The notes below the pieces were generated by a model. The model was not told the origin of the DNA. It made no database searches and was given only the letters and a program-made list of their open reading frames with translations. Below, in pieces: positions 58,887 to 64,000 of a stretch of DNA of 64,000 nt (position 1 is its first letter; the number at the start of each line of letters is the position of its first letter). Origin of the DNA: a virus (Duplodnaviria > Caudoviricetes); the IMG/VR virus record IMGVR_UViG_3300028048_000060, positions 90,737-154,736 of that record; one strand, 5' to 3'. Position numbers and translations under genes: made by a program.

Positions 58887-59836
58887 TGTTTTATCATAAC
58901 ACTATAAGGCGTTATGTGTTAGCTTTACTGGACTTTTTTAATAACTTAGAAGTCCAGTACACAGATAATGGCCAAATAATAACAAAGTCTGTTCCTATTA
59001 GATATAAAACAAGAGAAAAACTTTTAAGTCAGGATAAGTCAACTGAACAGGTCTTAACAGGAAACACAAATGTTCTTCCAAGAGCAGAACTGGAATTAAC
59101 TGACCTTAGTCCTGACACTGAAAGACAAGTATCTAAGTTTCTAAAGATAAACAGACTTAGAAATGACTTAGATGCTGAGTTCCAGTGGAATTGTCTTAGC
59201 TATACATTTAGTTTTGAAGTTAAGGTTCTGTGTAGAGGGATGAATGAGGTCTCTCAGATAGTAGAGCAGGTTTGTCCTAAGTTTAATCCCAATGTAGCTA
59301 TTGATATAAGAGACGCAGAGAATGAGACTGTTCCAACTAGAATTCCTCTTCAGTTAGGAGGTGTAAAGTTCGAAGCGCCTGAGTATGATGAAAAGTCAAA
59401 TAATATCTTTACAGTGTCCTTTGACTTAACACTGTTAGGATACTTGTTTGAACCAATAAAGAAGTACTCATTGGTAAAGGAATTCAATATCAACTTGAAT
59501 ACTCCAAGTGTTCAAAGTGTTAACCTAAAGACAAATGTAACGAACAGTATTCCTAATTTTGATTTTAAGAGGACTGAGTTCATTAGAGATGATGTCTTAG
59601 TCTTAGAAGACCTTAGTTTAGAAAGAACAGGAGATACAGTTACTGTAAAGTACAGATGTAACAGTCTTATTCCTCCTAAGATAACATTTATATCTGATAC
59701 TGTTAGGATACTGGAGCAAACAGGAGATACTGCTAAGATTGAAATTCCTCAGGAGACTGAGTCTTTTGACATTTGTGCTAAACTGGAAAAGAACTCTCAG
59801 TACTATACTGTGTTTAAAGAATTTACCTTGGACTAA
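58886..59836 (+). CDS. gp15: tail sheath stabiliser/terminator (T4 gp15-like)
   Basis: FYHNTIRRYV....FNN, VPI.Y..REK, LPR and QIVEQV.P.FNP. Confidence 0.88.
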   Translation: MFYHNTIRRYVLALLDFFNNLEVQYTDNGQIITKSVPIRYKTREKLLSQDKSTEQVLTGNTNVLPRAELELTDLSPDTERQVSKFLKINRLRNDLDAEFQWNCLSYTFSFEVKVLCRGMNEVSQIVEQVCPKFNPNVAIDIRDAENETVPTRIPLQLGGVKFEAPEYDEKSNNIFTVSFDLTLLGYLFEPIKKYSLVKEFNINLNTPSVQSVNLKTNVTNSIPNFDFKRTEFIRDDVLVLEDLSLERTGDTVTVKYRCNSLIPPKITFISDTVRILEQTGDTAKIEIPQETESFDICAKLEKNSQYYTVFKEFTLD

Positions 59837-59979
59837 TAGTCTATCTTTAGTTCTCAGTTTTGAACTGAGAACTTCTTTAATAATTTAAATTCTATGTCTT
59901 TATATAAGAACTAAGAACTTTAAACTGTTCAATCTCTAAATAAATAATAAAAGTTAAAATAATTTAAGAGATTTAAACA

Positions 59980-62900
59980 ATGAAGATTCTTTTATCCTCA
60001 GATATCCACATTGGTGACTATAAAACTTACAATCCTGAACCTAATTTCAGACTTAATCAGTTCTTAAAGCTAAAGCAATTCATAGAAGACTTAGTTACTT
60101 CTAAGAACATAGACGAATTTTGGATAGCAGGAGACCTTCTTCAGGTTGCACAGAGCACTCCTCCTGTTATGAACGTAGTTAAGACTTTTTTGAGTGATAT
60201 ATCTAAGAAATGTCCTATTAGAATGATTTTAGGAAACCATGATGTGATTGTTCGTTCTGACAAAACAGATATCTCAGAATACAACAACTACACTTTGGTG
60301 TCTTTACTCGACTTAATTCCTAATGTCTTTATATACAACAATGACTTAGTCAAAATCGGTTCTAAGACTGTTTACTTCCATTCCTGGAATCCATCTAACA
60401 CCATTCAGAACAGAAGTAAAGATGCTGACTACTTAGTGTGTCATGGAGATGTCCACTCAAGTCTGAGTCCATTTGCTCCTGAATTTATCGACACCACTGG
60501 GTACAAAAAGGTCTTTGCAGGACATATCCATATCTTTAAGGAGATAAAGAATATTGTTTCCTTAGGAGTTCCTTTAATGCACAGTTTCAGTGACAACCCT
60601 GATATAGGTGTTTGTATCTTAGACACTGAAGATGACTCAATTGAAAGGGTTTCTACTAAGGGACTGTTCTTAGAATTTAAGTATACTAAGACTGAAAGCG
60701 AACTTTTAGAAGGAAACATAACAGGAACTGAGAACCCTGTTGTCGTAAGATTAGACCCTAAAGTTCAGAACTCTGAGAAAGTAGACATCTCAAAAATCTC
60801 TATTAGCCCTGAAGAGATGTTAAAGGAATTTTCCAAGAACCTCACAAAAGACTCTTTGAAGATTCTGAACACTGTGGTGTCTAAAGTTTTTGAGAATAAC
60901 TTAGTTCCTGACCTTAGGGTTAAATTTAAGACCTTAAAAGCACAAAACTTCTTATCTATAAGAGACATAGATTTTAATTTTGACAACTTTAATGGACTCA
61001 CTGTCATCAAAGGAGATATTGGTTCAGGAAAGTCTACTTTGTTTAATCTCTTAGAGTTTATGTTATTTGGAAGACTTCCTGGATACGCAAAGAATGACTT
61101 TAGTTCAGTGTTCAAAGGAAAGTTCAAAGGAACCTTAGAGTTAGAATATAAAGGAATAAACTATGTAATTACCAGAACACTGAGTTCCTTAGAATATACC
61201 AAGAACAGTATTCCTCAGGAGTCAAACAGAAAAACAGACTTACAGAAGCAACTGGAAGAAGATTTAGTTTTTCTTAGGTTCTTTAATATAATCTACATAA
61301 AACAAACTTCAACAGGGATTTTCTCTGATATGTCAGATACTTCAAGAGTGAGTTTCCTTAGTAACTTAATAGGTCTTAATACTATCAAGAACTGGACATC
61401 TTTACTTGACAATGAAGTGGAAAACCTCAAAGATTCGTTAAAGGAAAAGGAAGAACAAAGAACAGTCTTAGACACAAAGAAACAGGTCTTAGAAGTATTC
61501 AATGAACAGAATAAAGATATCGTTTTAAGAGACAAGGAAGAAACTGAGTCTAAGATAGAAGAACTGAATAATAATATCAATAGTCTTAACTTAATCAAAG
61601 AACAGAACAACTCTAAGATAACAGACATTAAGGTTGAGTTGACTAAGCTGAGCACAGATTTTAATCTTAATTTAAGCAAGACAGAAAAATTAAATTCTAT
61701 TGTTTCTAATATAAAGACATTAAAAGAAGAAATTAAAGAAAAAGAACTTTATAAGGAACAGTTAGAACAAAATGTAAAAGATTTAGATGTTCCTGTCCTT
61801 AATGAAGAATCTCCTGAATTAGATAATCAAAAAATCCAGGAGCTGGAAACATTGATAAAATGCACACAGTCTCAGATAAACTCAAAGACTGTTTCTCTAG
61901 GATTAGCAAAGGAGAAGTTAGACTCACTTTTAAATCATCCTGAAGTCTGCCCTCAGTGTGGTCAGAAATGGTGTGTAAAAGACACAAAAATAAAGACTGT
62001 CTTAGAAGAAAAGATAAAGACTTTAGAAGACTCTATAAACTCCTTAGAGTCTGAGAAGAACATCTACTTAGTAAGTAAGCAAAATGTATACCATTCTTTT
62101 AACTCTAAGATGGAACTGTTTAAATCCCAAAAGGAAAAATACAACACTAAACTTAAGGAATACAATCAAAACTTAGAAACTATAGAAAAAATTAAAACAA
62201 TAGAGTCTTATATAGAAAATAATAAAAATAAAATCAATAATCTAAAACAAGACTTAAATGAACTTAAAGATGACTCTTCATTGAAGAAATTCCTGAAAGT
62301 CCAGGATGATATGTTTGTATTAGACCAAAAGACACAAAAGACTGAGATGTTAGAACTCATTAAAGAGGCAAATGAACTCAAGGATAAGAACAGTTCTTTA
62401 GACTCTGAGATAAAAGATATCTCACACAGTGTCCTTGAACTCACAATGGAACTTGGGAGAATAGACTCTGATAATGCGACATACTTCAAAGTTCAGGATA
62501 ATCTTAAAAATATAGAAGAATATAATAATGAATTATATAAAATAAATAAGGAATTAGATAAAACTAATAATATGATACAGGAATTGTCCAAGTTTAATTC
62601 TAAGGTCCTAAGTGACAAAGGTCTTCTGGTAGCATCTTTGTTACAAAAAGTAGCTAAGTATCTTAACACAGACGAATCTCTAAAAGTTGAGACCACACAG
62701 GAACTTCAGAATGGAAGCATAAGACCTACACTGAACATTAAGTTATTTGTAAAGGCATATAACAAGTATGTCGACTACAGTATGCTTTCAGGAGGACAAA
62801 GACTGTTAGCTGACTTAAAGTTCCTTAAGGGAATTACTCAGACCTTAGGTTCTGTAAGCATATTGTTTTTAGATGAAACATTTAAGTTCTTTAGTTCTGA

Positions 62901-63045
62901 AACTGTTATAGAAGGAATAGAGATTATAAAGTCTTTAAATGTAGATAAGTCATTCCTTATCTTACATGGAAGTGACTCAGAGTGCTTCTCAGATAAGACT
63001 ATAAGAGTAACCTTAGGAGAAAATGGTTCTAAATATGTTTATTAA
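59980..63045 (+). CDS. fused recombination nuclease gp47-gp46 (Mre11/SbcD-Rad50/SbcC)
   Basis: DIH, GD, GNHD and GHIH phosphoesterase motifs, then NFLS, GSGKS, CPQC hook, LSGGQ and FLDE in one ORF. Confidence 0.9.
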   Translation: MKILLSSDIHIGDYKTYNPEPNFRLNQFLKLKQFIEDLVTSKNIDEFWIAGDLLQVAQSTPPVMNVVKTFLSDISKKCPIRMILGNHDVIVRSDKTDISEYNNYTLVSLLDLIPNVFIYNNDLVKIGSKTVYFHSWNPSNTIQNRSKDADYLVCHGDVHSSLSPFAPEFIDTTGYKKVFAGHIHIFKEIKNIVSLGVPLMHSFSDNPDIGVCILDTEDDSIERVSTKGLFLEFKYTKTESELLEGNITGTENPVVVRLDPKVQNSEKVDISKISISPEEMLKEFSKNLTKDSLKILNTVVSKVFENNLVPDLRVKFKTLKAQNFLSIRDIDFNFDNFNGLTVIKGDIGSGKSTLFNLLEFMLFGRLPGYAKNDFSSVFKGKFKGTLELEYKGINYVITRTLSSLEYTKNSIPQESNRKTDLQKQLEEDLVFLRFFNIIYIKQTSTGIFSDMSDTSRVSFLSNLIGLNTIKNWTSLLDNEVENLKDSLKEKEEQRTVLDTKKQVLEVFNEQNKDIVLRDKEETESKIEELNNNINSLNLIKEQNNSKITDIKVELTKLSTDFNLNLSKTEKLNSIVSNIKTLKEEIKEKELYKEQLEQNVKDLDVPVLNEESPELDNQKIQELETLIKCTQSQINSKTVSLGLAKEKLDSLLNHPEVCPQCGQKWCVKDTKIKTVLEEKIKTLEDSINSLESEKNIYLVSKQNVYHSFNSKMELFKSQKEKYNTKLKEYNQNLETIEKIKTIESYIENNKNKINNLKQDLNELKDDSSLKKFLKVQDDMFVLDQKTQKTEMLELIKEANELKDKNSSLDSEIKDISHSVLELTMELGRIDSDNATYFKVQDNLKNIEEYNNELYKINKELDKTNNMIQELSKFNSKVLSDKGLLVASLLQKVAKYLNTDESLKVETTQELQNGSIRPTLNIKLFVKAYNKYVDYSMLSGGQRLLADLKFLKGITQTLGSVSILFLDETFKFFSSETVIEGIEIIKSLNVDKSFLILHGSDSECFSDKTIRVTLGENGSKYVY

Positions 63046-63051
63046 AAATAC

Positions 63052-63262
63052 TTGATTTAATAAATCAAATCCTTTATAATAATAAACATAAATGAGAGAC
63101 AAATTAAAAGTTTAAAGGTCTCAAAAAGAAAAAAATGCTTGATTTTAAAATTTAAATCATTTATAATATATTAAAAGAAAGCATTTAAAGGTTCTTTAAA
63201 AATTTAAAAAATTTAAAAAATCTCAAAAAGTTCTTGATTTTATGAATTAAATCATTTATAAT
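63052..63262 (+). promoter_or_regulatory. three tandem sigma70 promoters for the tRNA cluster
   Basis: TTGATT-17-TATAAT at 63052-63080, 63139-63167 and 63234-63262. Confidence 0.85.
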
Positions 63263-63387
63263 AATAGAGAGCTTAAAGGAGAGGACGATGGTGATGAGTC
63301 CTTAAATAATTCACCACAATGCTTTAAAATGTAGTCTTAACCTCCTTACAACCAAACAAATCAAAAGAGACTACATTTTAAAGCAAA

Positions 63388-63463
63388 GGAAAGTTAGCCA
63401 AATGGTTAAGGCACTGGATTGCAAATCCAAGATTTATAGGTTCGAATCCTATACTTTCCTCCA
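63388..63463 (+). tRNA. tRNA-Cys(GCA)
   Basis: Cloverleaf; anticodon loop TTGCAAA; GGTTCGAATCC; encoded CCA. Confidence 0.9.
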
Positions 63464-63471
63464 AGATTAAA

Positions 63472-63546
63472 GCGGGTATAGTTCAATGGTTAGAACGCTG
63501 TCCTTCCAAGTCAGATATGAGAGTTCGATTCTCTTTATCCGCTCCA
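63472..63546 (+). tRNA. tRNA-Gly(TCC)
   Basis: GCGGGTA acceptor; loop CTTCCAA; GTTCGATTC; CCA. Confidence 0.88.
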
Positions 63547-63554
63547 AGATTAAA

Positions 63555-63630
63555 TGGGATATAGCCAAGTTGGTAAGGCATCAGATTTTGATTCTGACAT
63601 GCGGTGGATCGTGCCCACCTATCCCAGCCA
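63555..63630 (+). tRNA. tRNA-Gln(TTG)
   Basis: TGGGATA/TATCCCA acceptor; loop TTTTGAT; atypical T-loop ATCGTGC; CCA. Confidence 0.85.
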
Positions 63631-63812
63631 AATAAATAAATGGAAATAAATGGAAATGAGTGGATGACTTAATGATTAGGTCTACACTCGATAGTGATGG
63701 ATGACTTCGGTCTACATCCAGGTCTGATTTGATGCGTCGAGTCAGACTTTAAACTAAGCGTGGCTAAGTCACTGTTTAAGACCTATATGGACTTAATCAA
63801 ACTTAGTTCACC

Positions 63813-63960
63813 AAAAGGACTTTAGAAACATCTTAGATGACTAAAGCAAGTTAGGATGACTTATGCAAGTTAGGATGACTAAAGCAAGTTAGGATGACTA
63901 AAGCAAGTTAGGATGACTTATGCATAGTAGCGAGTATCTAAGATGTTTCTAAAGTCTTTT
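63813..63960 (+). ncRNA. candidate structured RNA: 21-bp closing stem enclosing 4.7 copies of a 19-nt repeat
   Basis: 63818-63838 is perfectly complementary to 63936-63956; repeat GATGACT(A/T)A(A/T)GCAAGTTAG runs from 63836 to 63924. Confidence 0.6.
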
Positions 63961-63966
63961 AAAAAT

Positions 63967-64000
63967 GGGTTGTTAGCTCAATTGGTTAGTTAGCGATGAT
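63967..64000 (+). tRNA. tRNA 5' part (truncated by the window end)
   Basis: GGGTTGT-TAGCTCAATTGGTTAG acceptor strand and D-arm. Confidence 0.6.

Noticed and set aside
1699-62696. Numerous short ORFs overlapping long genes, nearly all antisense (e.g. 1699, 3636, 10097, 21236, 33472, 52013, 55880, 60765, 61293)
   Set aside because: They are shadow frames of well-supported genes, with no RBS or motifs.
63052-63068. FNR box in the tRNA promoter
   Set aside because: The spacing is TTGAT-N7-ATCAA, not the N4 that FNR requires.
63836-63924. CRISPR array
   Set aside because: The 19-nt units are directly tandem with no unique spacers, and no cas genes are present.

Overview
AT-rich segment of a large T4-like (myovirus) phage genome. 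Recognisable T4-core homologues are scattered rather than in T4 order: topoisomerase gp52 C-terminus, GroES/gp31, neck gp14, portal gp20, sheath gp18, helicase gp41, gp3, late sigma gp55, gp33, endonuclease VII gp49, gp15 and a fused gp47-gp46. There are also tail-fibre and PKD-type virion genes, NrdG, QueE, dTMP kinase, Hsp20, sigma70-type early promoters, TATAAATA late promoters and the start of a tRNA cluster. The window carries many selfish elements: a group I intron in gp18 with an HNH gene in a 1.5-kb P1 loop, a free-standing endonuclease that duplicated and recoded the gp18 3' end, a split intein in gp41 with a GIY-YIG gene, and five tnpB genes with no tnpA in the window. Three of the tnpB genes are a mosaic family, and three (an overlapping set) sit behind late-promoter motifs. 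The best candidates for undescribed biology are: (i) three paralogous PolX/Pol-beta-like nucleotidyltransferases, two in a late operon with a ligase-HIGH-NTase fusion, with prohead-protease-type motifs suggesting virion delivery; (ii) TnpBs that may act as RNA-guided homing nucleases with shuffled TAM-recognition domains; (iii) a stem-enclosed GGA-hairpin repeat RNA inside the tRNA cluster; and (iv) a stand-alone 49-aa NrdD glycyl-radical peptide. All calls come from motif reading only; no searches were run.
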